A stretch of 50,990 nucleotides of DNA, taken from assembly GCA_030248215.1 (NCBI GenBank), contig JASANG010002537.1:558001-608990 (forward strand). The letters are read 5' to 3'. Made by a program: the position numbers and the translations under genes. The notes under the pieces were generated by a model. That model searched no databases and was not told the origin of the DNA. It worked only from the letters and a program-made list of their open reading frames with translations. Origin of the DNA: Enoplolaimus lenunculus (taxonomy: Eukaryota). This document shows positions 1 to 12,927 of the stretch, one piece after another. The first letter of the stretch is position 1; each line of letters begins with the position of its first letter.

Positions 1-1387
1 GAAAATTCACCGCAGCACATCTGTACCGCAAAATTTGCGGTTCGGTTCGGATTCGGTCGTCGTGGATTCGGTGCCACTGATATATCTCATCAAATGTCTG
101 GTCAATGTGCATAACAGGGCCGTAGCAGTACTATAAGCATATTCCTAAACTTACGTCTTAAGCGTAAGAATGAGCTTATACCTAAACCTAAGGCCGCTTT
201 TAGGCAAAAGAATATACTCATACTACTGTACAGCTCTGTTCTATACATTGGCCGCCTAAACCTAAGCAAAAAATCTGTTTAACGCTTAAGATTACACTGT
301 TGCAGTCTCGCAAAAAATGTTCCGCTCCTGATCTTTACATGCTCCAAAAGTCCTAACAGCTCTAAAACAAAAACACGAGTTTAAATGTGAAAAAGTTAAG
401 AATTGATATAACACAATACAATGAAAAGTATTTCTCACAAAATAAACAAACCAAAAAGCAATTCTGTCTTTTGGCAAAATCAATAAGATCCTTATTTAAT
501 AGTTATCGAGGTCTGCTCTCAATCTTACAATAATACTAAAAATCTACACAAATAAGCTACGCTCTTACCTGCAGATTCAAACTTTTAAAACTGATATGTC
601 ACATTCTAGAAGCAAGCCTTTTTTGAATAATTTAAGCCTATGGGTGGAGTATACAAGAGCTAGCATTTCTCAAATCGGTATTATTCGGATTTTTTCAAAA
701 CATATCAAATGATGCTTGTAGACCAAATGCTGAACACTAAATGAAATGAAATACGATGCTTCTTCAAAATAACGCCAACCCCAAATCAGAATTGAAACTA
801 ACAATAGTTTAGCATTGTACAGTCGTTCAAGCTTAAAGTTTGCCATTCTCTTAATAGGTTTTTCATCCGCGCTAATATTACAGACAATCGTGTTCCATCC
901 AACATACTAAATTATTTTTAAAGCTGCATTCAGCGGAATAGGCACTGAGCAAATCAATCAATACGAACATGGCCAATATTACTTTTAGAGCCGTTATACT
1001 ACATTATACGTACATATCTCTAAGCCTAAGCATAAACCTAAGTGTTAATCCTAAGCTTAAACAAAATACATATCTGTCTAAAATCTAGTCTACTACTCTG
1101 TTGCAGTCGCGCTAGACAACGGGGCGGCTCGAAACGTAACATAATCTCAAACATGTATGTAAAAACACTTCGCAAACACAAATGTAGGTAATATATCACA
1201 ATGAATTCCAATAGAAAACTTCTTTTAAATGTCCAAGCAACGACACACGTAGCAATGTTACAGGCCACCGGAATGTGGCAAATCGGAATGTGGCAAATCC
1301 CACAAAACATATTTCACGACATGGCGTGCCGTTAATACGGCACATGCTAATTATGCAGGCCTGCTTATTAAGCCTAAGCATCAGTTT

Positions 1388-1550
1388 TAGGGTTGCGCTA
1401 TACTCTACTGTACTGGATGCCGTCGTGCGTTGCTGACAAAAATATATGAAGAATCTATTTGGTGTGGCGTGTGGCGAATTATAACAAAAAAGTTTTATCA
1501 CGCCGCGCAAGGGCGTCCGGAGGCGCGCGCCAAATACAGCGTAACCCTTA
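1388..1550. mobile_element. Harbinger/Tourist-like MITE (AGGGTTGCGCTA terminal family)
   Basis: tagggttgcgcta...gcgtaaccctta inverted termini; same terminal motif as the copies at 6691, 38072 and 39669. Confidence 0.5.
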
Positions 1551-2918
1551 TCCTCACAGTATGCAGTCTGTAAGTCCATCAATCTTTCCATCAGCAAACT
1601 TTGGATATGATTTTAATACAATTAAAGTTCAAATTGGAAAAAATGTTGCAGTACACTACCCTTATATTATAGAGTGGGGTAATGATAACTTGATACACAT
1701 TTTCTATACAAAATGTATCCAGTGGTATACGCTTGTCAGAAAGCATTATTTACTGTTGATACAAAGTGATCATTTAGAAACCATTAAACTATAACAGAAT
1801 AGACAGTGCGTTAAATTTACAATTAACTTATATTTCACAATAACCGTATTTTAGTATTTACCTAAAAACTGCCAACACAGCAGCCGCAGCAAGCAACCAT
1901 GAAACATCATATGGCTCAACAAAAATAACGGTTACAATACAACAAACACCAACGAACAACTGCGAACAGAAAAACAAACAAAACACCACAATATGTATAC
2001 ATACATCATAGAAAACAACATCATAACAAAAAAATCTCATGGAAATTTGTTTGTATTTGCGGTCTGTTTATAGCCGTACTTCACCAAAGAGTATAAAATA
2101 ATCAAACCAACACAGTAGTAATGTATGTGCGTATATATATGTAAGCAATGAAACGTGAGCAAAACTCATGCAAAATATGTTGAAAAATACAATCAAAATC
2201 GTGAACCAAGCCGACAGTCTTTGCTAATGAATCAAATGTTTTGAAACCAGGACCCATATTCGCAACCTGTGTATAGCAACTATCATTAGTTAGTAAAAAG
2301 TTTTCAAGCAAATTGGTACACCAGTAGAGCAAATCAAAATACGAGAAATGTACTGAAATTTTGAGCCTCAGCGTTCACTGGTTTGAAAGTTGCAACACCT
2401 GGTGATAGGTGCTACACACATTTGCGAATACAGGCCGAGTAGTTAAGACAAACGCTTCAGTAACACTTCTGCAAACGGGCTTCGAAACGGGTTTATACAG
2501 CTTTCTCATTATCGGCCTCAAGATGATTTAATGCTGTCGCACAAATGTAGAACGTATTGAACCTATCAAATCAAGTGCTAAATGGTATCTAATTGATAAT
2601 ATCCCTTGGTCAAATTTAGCCAAAACGAAATTGTACGTGAAACCAAATTTAGCGTACAGATTAAGCCTTTTCAGCGATTCCCTTATTGCCGTTACCTAGA
2701 CAGCGCTTATTTGTCGCCGCGGATCTTTACCCCGAGCCATAAGGCGCACAAATACTATATCGTCAGCGTTCAGTATCATTTTAATTATACTGTATTTTAG
2801 CTAAGAGCTACACTTTATGTAGCACTTATTTAATTTGACAGCGTACCACAACTAATCACCCCGCCAATAATCACTACACTCACTTTTAACGTGCCGAAGA
2901 TTCACAAAAAAGTGCACA

Positions 2919-2924
2919 TTTATT
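2919..2924 (-). terminator. Candidate proximal poly(A) signal of the AKT1S1-like gene
   Basis: AATAAA on the minus strand ~100 nt after the stop codon. The TG-rich sequence further downstream (to ~1800) suggests a longer UTR is possible. Confidence 0.3.
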
Positions 2925-3021
2925 ATGTAATCAATTCAGTTTAGTGTGATATTGCCCTCATTGCGATAGTTTGTTGTCAGTGTCACTATGTTGTTGTTTT
3001 TTTGTTGGTATAACTACCATT

Positions 3022-3183
3022 TTAAATCTGGCCAAGCGTATGCGCCTGAATGATATCACCGGTATTCCAACGTCGCCGTTCAGATTTTGGACCGTCGCCA
3101 AACAAGCGTTCAGGTGCATCTTCTGCGCGCAGCGACATCACTAAATTTTTCATCGATATCGCCATGGCTGCGCCGTCTTTTGG
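3022..3183 (-). CDS. AKT1S1: AKT1S1-like terminal coding exon (PKDGAAMAISMKNLVMSLRAEDAPERLFGDGPKSERRRWNTGDIIQAHTLGQI*)
   Basis: Acceptor gtttttag, TAA at 3024-3022; conserved PRAS40 C-terminal motif. Confidence 0.85.
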   Translation of the reverse strand, partial: PKDGAAMAISMKNLVMSLRAEDAPERLFGDGPKSERRRWNTGDIIQAHTLGQI

Positions 3184-6100
3184 CTAAAAACAATACATTA
3201 CAATAATATGTAACCAAAATAAATAAATCAATTAATTCATTTCAGACAGAGTTAGTTATATTGCGGCACTTCTAGTTGCCCTGTAACTGCCACATTAATG
3301 TCGTAATCTAATACGACCTGTCTATTTAGAACATTTTGCATACACACCATTATTACGCACAACTGAGAAAAACTCACACAATGCGTTCAAGTTCAACAAT
3401 ACGGACGATTCATCGCCCGACAAGTTGTTACCAGAATTCTCGTCAACTCGACAATATGTAGCCCGTCATCATGCTTAGGTGTAGATTATGTCGTGTAGTC
3501 TTAGGCAGCAGTCAAGCGACAAACTGTCCTGTAGACAAATTGTCTAAGTTTTATACGTATATCACAAATCGCCACTTACCACATGATTTTCGCTATCTTC
3601 CAATTCGCCACAATCTTGCCCAGTTTCAATGTCGTCTTCAGTCAGTTGCTGACCAGTTGTAGCAGCTATTGCATCTTGCTGCCATCGAATACCGCCACCG
3701 CCACCCATCACCAGACGTTGTCGTGGTACTGGAATGTCAACCGGGCAAGACATGCCATACACCGAAGCTGCTTTACTTGCCGCATCATCCACGTTGGCCG
3801 GCCTACCCGTTATTGCTCTACCCTGTCGCCGTGTGTGCCTCTGTGCTTCTGTAGTTGTATCAATCGTAATCCCACCATTTTGCACGCTACCATCTTGCCG
3901 CCGTTGCCCACTGCGTTGTTCCATCTGATTATCACGTCGGGTATTTTTGATTGCTGCAGTTGTTGTACTTTGACCATTTCCACTTGCAACTGAAACCTGA
4001 TGTTGTGTATCTTTGTCGGCACCGTATTTGATGTCCATTGCATTATCTTCAGCATCATCATCATTATCATCTGCTTCATCTTCTGATAACGGCACCATCA
4101 TTGCTGGATTCAACACAACGTTATTGGTGTTAGCGCTTGTCCACCGGCGTCTTCCGGTATTTTCCAATTTTCCCACGGTTTGTTGTTGTTGTTGTTGCCG
4201 CTTTGATTGCAACTGCAATTGCGGCGGCGGTTGCTGAAGCACTGCTTTTTGCTGGCGATGATGCTTCGTAGCCAATTCCTCGCCGCCATTTCCACTGTCT
4301 GGAAGAGAAAAAAGTTTACCATGACTCTCTCTCATTGAGATATAACAAAAAATAATACATACCAGTCGTAGTGGGACTACATGTATTGAGCGAAGCTCGA
4401 ACACACGTAAGCAGTTAAGCTAATATGCAAATTGGTTATTAGCTAACTATTCATTTATTGGTTTTGGAGGTTTGTAAACAATTTATTCACATTCCTCGCA
4501 CTCAAAAACCTTCAGTAAACCCTAATAATTATTGATATAATTTAAAAAGTCCTAATTTTGTCTTGTCAATTAAGCCAATATGCAAATTAGCTATTAGCTA
4601 ACTATTCAATTATCGGTTTTGGAGGTTTGTAAACAATTTATTCAAATTCTTCGCACTTGAAAACCCTTTTGTGCTGAAATTATATTGCTTTTAATCTTAA
4701 CAATTAGTGAAGTATTGTAAAAAGTCCTAATTTAGGCTTATAACATTTGCTAATATGCAAATTATCTATTAGCTAACTGCTCAATTATCGGTTTTGGAGG
4801 TTTGTAAACAGTCTATGCTCGAACGGCCGGACATCCACCTTTCGACCCCAGAGTGCAAAACATAAAACGCTTCTCAAAACTCCGAGCTTCGCTCGGAGTT
4901 TCGCTTCGCTCAAAAAACTAATCTTCGGTTTTTTCAATTACAATTGTTTTCCTCAATTACAACTTCGGTTTTCTTAATTACATTGGAGTATTTTGATTTT
5001 CGGTTTTCTTAATTACAGTCGAGTATTTTGACTTTCAGTTTTCAATATATCTTTGAAGTTCTCAATTACATGGAAAGCCATTTTTCATCTACTTTCTTAG
5101 TACCATCAGTATCCGCTTCATCGTCAGTGCCGTAAAACGTTGGTCCCGACGCTTCTAAACAGTCGGCATCGTCAGCTGGCATCATCGTATCATCAGACGG
5201 CAGCGGCATTCCAACAACCGGAACCGGATCTGTTTCAAACCGAAACACTTCTTCTTCTTCCGGAAATATGTCACGGTGTGACGCGTTGCCACCATTGCCA
5301 CCACCACCGGAGTACGAAATCAACCCACGAGGCGCACGATGCACTCCAGAACCGCCTGAATGACGTTTGCGTTTCCAACCTGTCATGACTGCCGGATTCT
5401 GAAAAACGCAGAAAGATAACATATATGTAGATACATAATAAGGGGAAATAGCAGACAAAAATAAAAATTTCTAGATAAGCTAAGATTTACAAAAAATCCC
5501 ATGGAAGCATCTCAAGTCTGCTTCTATAGCTTTACCTAACGCTTAATAACAATGATTTCACAAAACGCAAGATACATAGTGTCGAAAAGCGAAACTACCC
5601 AAATTTTTACTGAAACAGGAACACCGAAGAATGGTTGAAAATGTTGTAACATCAACTTTTGAGCCATAAAAGTATTAAAACATTGAATAATATACGAAAA
5701 ATCTCGGCTTTACGTACTGAGCGGAAAATTCAGATTACACTAGCTTAAAATGTGTACGTAATTTATACATAGACTGTACGTGTTTGGATCCTGCACAAAG
5801 CTTAAGCTATTGATATTGTGGAAATACTGTCCCCAAGTCCCCGAAGGCTAGAATATAAATTTTCAGACTGAATCACTTACAGAATCATTACCGGCAATAA
5901 CAAATTCTCACATTACAATTTAATTTAGGGATTCTAACCAAAAGACACACACACACAATTAAACCAGCAACCACGGGCTATGAGAACAACAACGGGCGTA
6001 TGAGAAACTGGTGGATATGTACCACAAAATGTTTGAAGACACTTGAAAACAACACTTTTACAGGTATACTATAACTTTGTAGACGTTAAAAAATTTCTCG

Positions 6101-9100
6101 TACATTATTTGGCCCAAACCGCAAAGGTTTAGACGTGGTTATCCCTTCTGGATATAAAATCCTGGCTATGCCCCTACAAACAACATTCACATTTTTATTA
6201 GTTTTTATACAATCAAAACTATGCTAAAACGTGAATCAGCAATAGTATGGAAGTACGGTGAATAGTGGACACAAATGTGTCTAGCCAATTGCACGGCTGT
6301 TCAGTCAGTACTGAGTTAATAGAGTGGCAGACTAATCTATGTCGCGTGATATCGGATTACACAAATTGAAAAATTAAGATGTTTTATAGACGTACACGCT
6401 AATGAATACTGCCTACAGCTGACGCAGAGTTTCAGCCGCTACCAAAGAGCTTGATTACCAAATTTAGCATCAATATTTACGCAATCGCGAAGCTTGTACA
6501 AATTTTGACAGATTCCAAGGGCACATTGATAATAACTCGTTTCTCGGGCTGTTTAATATGCTATATGCATCGCATTACGCACCGAGGTACACATTAACGC
6601 AGAACACGGCACACCGAACTGTGTGTTACGATTACTGTGCCACTACTTCAAACGTTAAACTTTACATAATGTTACAAAAGTAAGTCCTCGTAAGGTTTCC
6701 GCTATATTTTTGTTGACGTCCGGCGCCGTCCGTCACCCGTACGGCGCCGTCCATCGCCGTGCGGTATCGTACGCAAATAACTCACGTACGATACCGCGCA
6801 GTGACGGACGGTGACGCAAGGCGCCGTACGGGTGACGGACGTCGTCGCCGCACGACAAACATAGCGCAACCCTTAGGCTGTTGCATACTTAGCGTATTAA
6901 CTTGAACTGTGGCCAGGATTTCAGTTCAGTTCTGGAATGTTTACAAGAAATTTTCCAGTTTACAAGAAAATTTCCACCGCTCGACTCCCGAACTATAAGG
7001 CGATATACATAACACACTGTGTCTATACTGTATATATACACCCTGATATTTGACTTATATAGTGAACGCTTTCTGCGTAACAACACTACTTAAATCTACA
7101 TACATATATATACATTAACGCATTTATAAGCTTACAGAAAATTCAGTGTTGTTCTAGTCAACGAAACCTCTCGAACAATATGTGTAAACACTGTATAGGT
7201 GGTACACTGCAAACACTCTGAATACTACAACTGTGCAGTGCACTCGTTCACACTTAACAACGATTTGTCTAACGGATTTACTACAGAGAAAACACTTAAA
7301 GTACATTATGAAAATTTTGACTCTTGTATTATTTTCTCACATTCAAAGTTAAGGTTTAGGTTTAGTCAACGTTCGGCAGGTTTTACGAATCCGAAACCTA
7401 CTCTTGGGCAGGCACAAGTGCACAAGAGCGAAATTACTAAATCCAAAACCAGAAATTATTCCGAAATTAAGCCAGCAACAAAATGGCAACAATACGGCTT
7501 GTAGTAGCAAAAAAGTGTTGGGGTCGGATCACAGTTCAGAAGTTCGATTGCCAGTTTGTTTTGTTGCTATCATGAGTTTGTTTACCCGGCAAATACGATA
7601 AGCAAAAATAGTAGGTTCAGGCTGACACTTACTGAGTAAGATTTTGGCCTTTGAATTGTAGCAGGAATTGCGCCGACCCATTCCATGCCACCAGCCATCG
7701 AAGTTGTTTGCCCCGGAGAAGGATCAGCTAAAACACGCTCGTATACAAATTGAATTTCGAATAGTAACGCCAAAACATTACCTTAACGCAACAATATACA
7801 GAATGTTGGTATAATATCTGCGGTATATAATATTGTAAAGCAAAGAGTGGTATACATGTACACAAAGGAATAAGAAGTTGTTGCTTGCAATCGACCGCAT
7901 GAATGATGTAATCGTAGTATGCTTGGTTCGATCGCAAAGGGCTCCCTGGAAGAGGCTGCCCTAACCGTCTACTTTCTACACCGAATGAAAAGTTCATATT
8001 ATAGTAGTACATTACTAAACCTCAGGGTGGCACCGAATCCGAATCCAGTGCTAATTTGCCGAATCCGAAACTGAATCAGAATCCGAATCCTGCATGTTGC
8101 AAATTTCAGATATATCTATAATTTGTTTCAGAATATCAACGGAATGCCAACCATATAACTTTTAATACGTTAATATATTTCGTTCCGACGTCAGTTCTGA
8201 GATTTCTCACCTGAAATACGTAAAAAATATTGATTTTTATAGCAAAGTATTTAAAAATTTTATTGCTTAAAAATGAAAAAACATATTGCCGAACTTTGTT
8301 GGATTCGGCTTTTGGATTCGGCTTTTCCACACCGAATCCGAATCCGAACCTCAAATTTTTGCCGAATCCGAATCCGAACCTTTGTTGCCAGCCTGCTGGT
8401 GATACTGAAGCAATGCCTTCTCGAGTAGCACCCACCTGTCTGTCATAATGCTGAACCAGTTAACTTTTTAGTTCAGTTTTCACGCAAGAAAAAAAACTAT
8501 ACTTATTTACCTGAATTAAGTGAATACGGTGATAATGGAACTGCGCTGTCGGTTTCATCTTCCGTTATCACACAACTATCAATGGCTGATTTCAAGATTC
8601 TAAAACAGAACTCAATTCAATATAACTAAACGCAAAATAGGGGTCATCTTCTAAAATATCACTTGCTTCAAAGCGAAAAAGTTAAATCTTTTTCTAAAAG
8701 AAACTATACACAACGAGATGTTCAGAGAAAACAACGACCCCTGCAAATACAAAACACAACTACTTTTTGTTTGTTTCGATTTGTTACCGGTTCCGCTACA
8801 ACTCCGACATACACATCCTAGCAATCGAGCCGAGTCCGAACAGACCCGTAGTGAGCCCAACCCACATGTTAAAGAGTGTCAGTATAAAGAGAACTAAGAC
8901 CTGAAATAGTGGGCACAGCATTTTACGTTTTATTCGATTACGCTCTGGGAAGACGGTTTCAGTCTCAAGCACATTACGTAAATACTGGATAAGTCAATAT
9001 TTTCAACTTTATCAATACGTCATACAGACCACATATCAAGTTTCAAAACACCAAAGAAAGCAAAAACAAACTTACTGGACGACCAACGCTTTCTGCACTC

Positions 9101-12100
9101 GTGTTTTCAGCTTCAGTTCGTCGTATGCCTTACTTTCCATTTCAGTGAACACTCTAAAAGTAAAACATTACAGAGTTAATGAACAGCTAACAGGTTACAA
9201 CAACAAACAGACTACGTTATTGCGGCTATATCGACTTCGCTCAAATAATTGCTAACACCTGAGCCCGTTTCGTACTCTCAAATGTGTACAGTGCTTATCA
9301 CAAGCTAATGACAGGTCTGGTACATTCGAATCAGCATGTGATGAGCACATAAATTCGGCGCATTTCTTGCAATAGATTTATTCTATTTCTGTGTGCAAAT
9401 TTTAAGATGTGTAATAACAGGAAGTCGTCGGTTTGAAAACCTAACTAACAACCGGTGCGGCACGCACTTGAAAATATGCTCCCAGATACGTATGCGTTTG
9501 CCTAAAATTAAACAAAGCTGATACTTTATGTTCGATTGCTCGGCTCCGATCAGTGGTGACAACACTGTCACTTGAAAACCTGGAATGCCGCATTGCCTGA
9601 TGGCACAAAGCACCATCAAAAAGCCAATTATACGCTCACCTGATACGTTCTTCCATGCGATCTTGTTCCGTTTGCAGAAACGCATTCGCAGCTGCTTGTA
9701 TTTGCCCAAGTGCCGCCGATGACCGTGGTAGCCCATAAAGTACACCGCCAGCCCCGCCAACTGCGGAAGCAGCCAGTGTTCTGCTACCTTCCGTAAAATC
9801 TAATAAATCTCTTCCACTACTGTTGTTGACATGATGGCCAGTAGCAGTCGGTCGGCCACTACCGTGGTGTTGAGTTGTAGCAGCGGATCGCCGATGTGAA
9901 TGGTTCGCAACCGAAGCGTCACTAACGCTAAAGCTTCGATGTTGCGCGAGTGGCGGATTGCGTTTGCTGCTCGCAATGTTACTGTTACTTTGCCAGTTAT
10001 ACGGTTCGTTGGTATCGTTTTGATTAAAGCCTGAAACATTTTATCATTTACACAGACCTGGTAAAGCTTCATGTTTACTTACGCGTCACGCTAATTCATC
10101 AGAACTGAAGTTCTCACACATAACTGTTAATTAGTTTCCTAAGCCTAACTTCTTGCTTTTGCTATACCTAAGCGTCAGTCTTTCCTATTAATGCAGTCAT
10201 TGTTTGGCGATCAACTACCCAGCTAAATTAGTGTATTATGCGTGGTGCGGCAATGGCGTAAACGTAAGTAAAAAATTTTAAGCTTACTCAATAAGCGCCG
10301 TTAATATCGTTTTGCTTGAAACCAGACAACTTCCATATGACGTATATAGTCCAATACCAACAACATGGGAAGAAAATCATGTGTAAGGTATATATGCTTA
10401 TATATTCCGCGTGGTGCACGAAAGGCACAGGCCGTAGGCTTTCCTATTATCATATATATGAAAGTTTTTTTTGAGTTCGCTCAGATTTTTCAAGCATAAA
10501 AAATTAGAAATGCGTTTTGCTTTTAGCATCCCATGGATACACGTGTACTTTGAAAATCACACAGTAACAGCGGTATGACTTACTTGAAATGTTTCGATCG
10601 TCCTCATATTGTAAATGGTGGTCATGTGGTAGAACAACCCCGAAAGCTGGTGCGTATTCAGTTGAGCACGACAGGCTTTGTATCACAGATTCGTCGTTCT
10701 ATAACGGAGAAAACTAAACTTTACGCGCCTTGGTCAATTCTGTATCTATTAAGATTAATTCCAGTTTAGCAAAACCAACTGCTGCACGGGAAAAATTGCT
10801 ACGCTCTAATAGGCGCGTTTACTAAACTGTTAACTTGGACTGAATAGCAAGTTCGGTCTGCGACGTATATCTTCTATCTGTAAGCAGCGACTTACGATAA
10901 GTTGCGACGAGACTAGGACAATATCGCGACTGAATCTCGTGTGACCAGCATTGCTTTCATGATGTGTTGTTGCTGTAGGCGTTTGTGTTGTAGGCGCTGC
11001 GTACACTGCGATGCCACACAAAGCACAACTGACAAACGTCCACCTGCCAACTTCGTGTCGTGCAACCAGTATTGGTAATTTCTACAAATGTAATACTTAG
11101 AGACTGGATGGCTTTAGGCTTATTTGTACAATTAGGCTCAGTATACAGGTGGTTATAATTATCTTGGGTTGTCGTCAAAAAAAGCTTTAGTAGACAAGTC
11201 CTTATTAAAAAATATACACCTTTTTACCTGCCTACATTTTCCCCTACATTTACCCATTTTCCGTTACGCTTTACGCCTAGGTTTAGACTCAACTAAACGC
11301 TTAGACAAAGGCTTATGCTTAGGCATGGCGCAGATAAGGTTTTTCGAAGATAGAATAATCAATACCTCGATCACACCATGACCATCTGGCACAAACGACA
11401 TAATCTTCACCAACGGCAACTTGGGTCGCTCTCGCTGTAGAAGTTGTGTCGTATCTCTACTAATGCCACCACCGTTTTCACCCGTACCAACACCACCACT
11501 ACCCATTTTCACGCCCACATGATCTTTGCCACAACTGGAGCAAGGCCGTTTATCTACGCCGTTTTGACAACAACAACAACGCTGTTGCCCTGCCTGAGAA
11601 CCGTCGCGTCTAGACGGCTGCGACGGGCCTCCATTACCGGCAGTAGTCATGGACGTCAGTTGTTGCTCCAGTGATTCGTCGCCGCACGTGTGACAGTTAC
11701 AACCTTTACCACCATTGTTGCACTGGCTGTCGCCGTCATTATCATTACCATCACTGCCACAGCCAAACATCGCAATCAATTCCTGAGTTTCATCCTGAGT
11801 CAACTCGATTAACATTTGATTATGTCGCACCAATAGATTCGTTTCGGTTGCGTTAAATTGTAATTGTTGTTGTTGTTGTTGTTGTTGTTGATGATGATGT
11901 TGTTGTCGTCGTTGTTGCTGTTGTTGTGGCGACGATACCGTGCCAACAATCTGTTCTGGTGAATTGTTGCCACTTTCGTTTACATTATTACTATTATTAT
12001 TATTACTACTACTACTATTATTATTCAGATTGGCAGCTACGGTGTTGTCGTCGCACAACCGATCATCAGATCCAGACGACGTCTCCATACGATTATCGCT

Positions 12101-12232
12101 GCCCAGCATCGAGTCGTTTACGTCAGCACCACACGGTTGTTCAGCGCCATCATCGCTAGTAGCACCACCAAACGTGGAACGCTGTTGCAAGTCTAGTCGA
12201 ATATTGAGACATTTGCACGTAAACACTACCAT
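3022..12232 (-). CDS. AKT1S1: PRAS40 / proline-rich AKT1 substrate 1 homolog (invertebrate Lobe-type), 10 coding exons, 998 aa: join(12232-11366,11081-10896,10698-10584,10030-9640,9153-9076,8599-8511,7727-7633,5398-5104,4298-3580,3183-3022)
   Basis: Manual splicing gives 2997 nt with every GT-AG junction in phase and no internal stop. Motifs: N-terminal MVVFTCKCLNIRL, later W..VSCALC and YAPAFGVVLP, coiled coil FLQTEQDRMEERIRVF, TOS-like EEEEVFRFETD, SCPVDIP (cf. human SLPVSVP), and C-terminal AMAISMKNLVMSLRAED..RLFGDGPKSERRRWNTGD (cf. human [32 protein letters not shown] with the Akt Thr246 site). Confidence 0.85.
3580..4298 (-). CDS. AKT1S1: AKT1S1-like coding exon 9 (SGNGGEEL...RRRWTS...SCPVDIP...ENHV)
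   Basis: Acceptor ttttttctcttccag, donor GTG|GTAAGT; 719 nt, phase 1-0. The extra N-terminus of ORF 3562..4404 is intronic repeat sequence. Confidence 0.8.
4361..4915 (-). mobile_element. DINE-1/Helentron-like non-autonomous element (intronic copy)
   Basis: Same termini as 21905-22884 (subterminal IR ATTGAGCGAAGC, 3' hairpin GTAGTCCCACTAC) and the same internal tandem repeats. Confidence 0.7.
5104..5398 (-). CDS. AKT1S1: AKT1S1-like coding exon 8 (NPAVMTGWKRKRHS...EEEEVFRFETD...DEADTD)
   Basis: Acceptor tttttcag; donor G|GTACTA chosen because it gives the phase 1 required by the next exon; contains the TOS-like motif. Confidence 0.75.
6691..6874. mobile_element. Palindromic Harbinger/Tourist-like MITE
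   Basis: Fold-back sequence (gtccgtcacccgtacggcgcc ... ggcgccgtacgggtgacggac), TAA/TTA flanks; related copies at 38072-38200 and 39669-39808. Confidence 0.65.
7633..7727 (-). CDS. AKT1S1: AKT1S1-like coding exon 7 (DPSPGQTTSMAGGMEWVGAIPATIQRPKSYS)
   Basis: Acceptor tgttttag, donor TCA|GTAAGT; 95 nt, phase 1-0. Confidence 0.75.
8021..8395. mobile_element. MITE with CCGAAT subterminal repeats (hAT-like)
   Basis: cagggtggcaccgaatccgaatcc start and (ccgaat)n arrays; related pieces at 1-78, 7350-7550 and 36975-37080. Confidence 0.5.
8511..8599 (-). CDS. AKT1S1: AKT1S1-like coding exon 6 (ILKSAIDSCVITEDETDSAVPLSPYSLNS)
   Basis: Acceptor tgttttag, donor G|GTAAAT; 89 nt, phase 2-1. Confidence 0.75.
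9076..9153 (-). CDS. AKT1S1: AKT1S1-like coding exon 5 (VFTEMESKAYDELKLKTRVQKALVV)
   Basis: Acceptor cttttag, donor CA|GTAAGT; 78 nt, phase 2-2; continues the coiled coil. Confidence 0.8.
9640..10030 (-). CDS. AKT1S1: AKT1S1-like coding exon 4 (...QIQAAANAFLQTEQDRMEERIR)
   Basis: Acceptor tgtttcag, donor AG|GTGAGC; 391 nt, phase 1-2, open frame that the ORF track misses. Confidence 0.8.
10584..10698 (-). CDS. AKT1S1: AKT1S1-like coding exon 3 (NDESVIQSLSCSTEYAPAFGVVLP...)
   Basis: Acceptor ctccgttatag, donor A|GTAAGT; 115 nt, phase 0-1. Confidence 0.8.
10896..11081 (-). CDS. AKT1S1: AKT1S1-like coding exon 2 (KLPILVARHEVGRWTFVSCALCGIAVYA...SSQLI)
   Basis: Acceptor tttgtag, donor ATC|GTAAGT; 186 nt, phase 0-0. 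Confidence 0.8.
11366..12232 (-). CDS. AKT1S1: AKT1S1-like coding exon 1 (MVVFTCKCLNIRL...GHGVIE; poly-N/poly-Q and Cys clusters)
   Basis: ATG at 12232, donor GAG|GTATTG at 11366/11365; 867 nt, ends in phase 0. Confidence 0.8.
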
Positions 12233-12927
12233 GATACAAAGGTTATAATGTGTTTCACGCGTTAGATATTGTGGAAGCAACTATAACGTAACTGATGCTA
12301 TTTTGAACTAATTCGTCGACCAAAAACGACCACACGAGGCTTGTGTTTCACGGACAGATTTTGTTGCAAGAAACGCTGTATAAACAATGTGTGTAAAACT
12401 GCCGCTAAACAAAATTCAGTTCAACGTGATTATTCAGCTGTGATTTTTCCAAGATTACACAAATACGTGGTCGTTTAGCAAACTACGATTGTTGTTACTG
12501 TTGCACGATGTACATTTGACACGCAAAATAGTTATTCGATACTGGATACCAGTTTAATATCACACAATTTACTTCCAACTCGTTATAAATATGATGATGC
12601 TAAGTAAATTATTATAGTGTAAATTTTTTAACTTGGCACGTACACGAGTTTAGTTTACCGAGTAAAGCAACTCTGAAATAAAGCTTGTCTTGCATATTTC
12701 CAAACGCATCAGGCAATGAATATATATAATATTGATTTGTTATTCTCATTTAAAATTTTCCATAGAGTAACCGTAAAAATGACGAAAATTTTAAAAACTG
12801 AAATCGAAACGTTACGCTTAGGCTTAGCCTCAGGTTAGTTTTGTGTGGGGTGAGACTAAGGAAGTACGTATGAAAAACTAAAGTTGCAACATTTGAAAAT
12901 AAATACTCGGACCCGAAATCTTTAGAT

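Noticed and set aside
4299..4404. N-terminus MFELRSIHVVPL of ORF 3562..4404 (and of ORF 12750..12971)
   Set aside because: It is the translated end of the Helentron-like repeat; the real exon starts at the acceptor at 4298.
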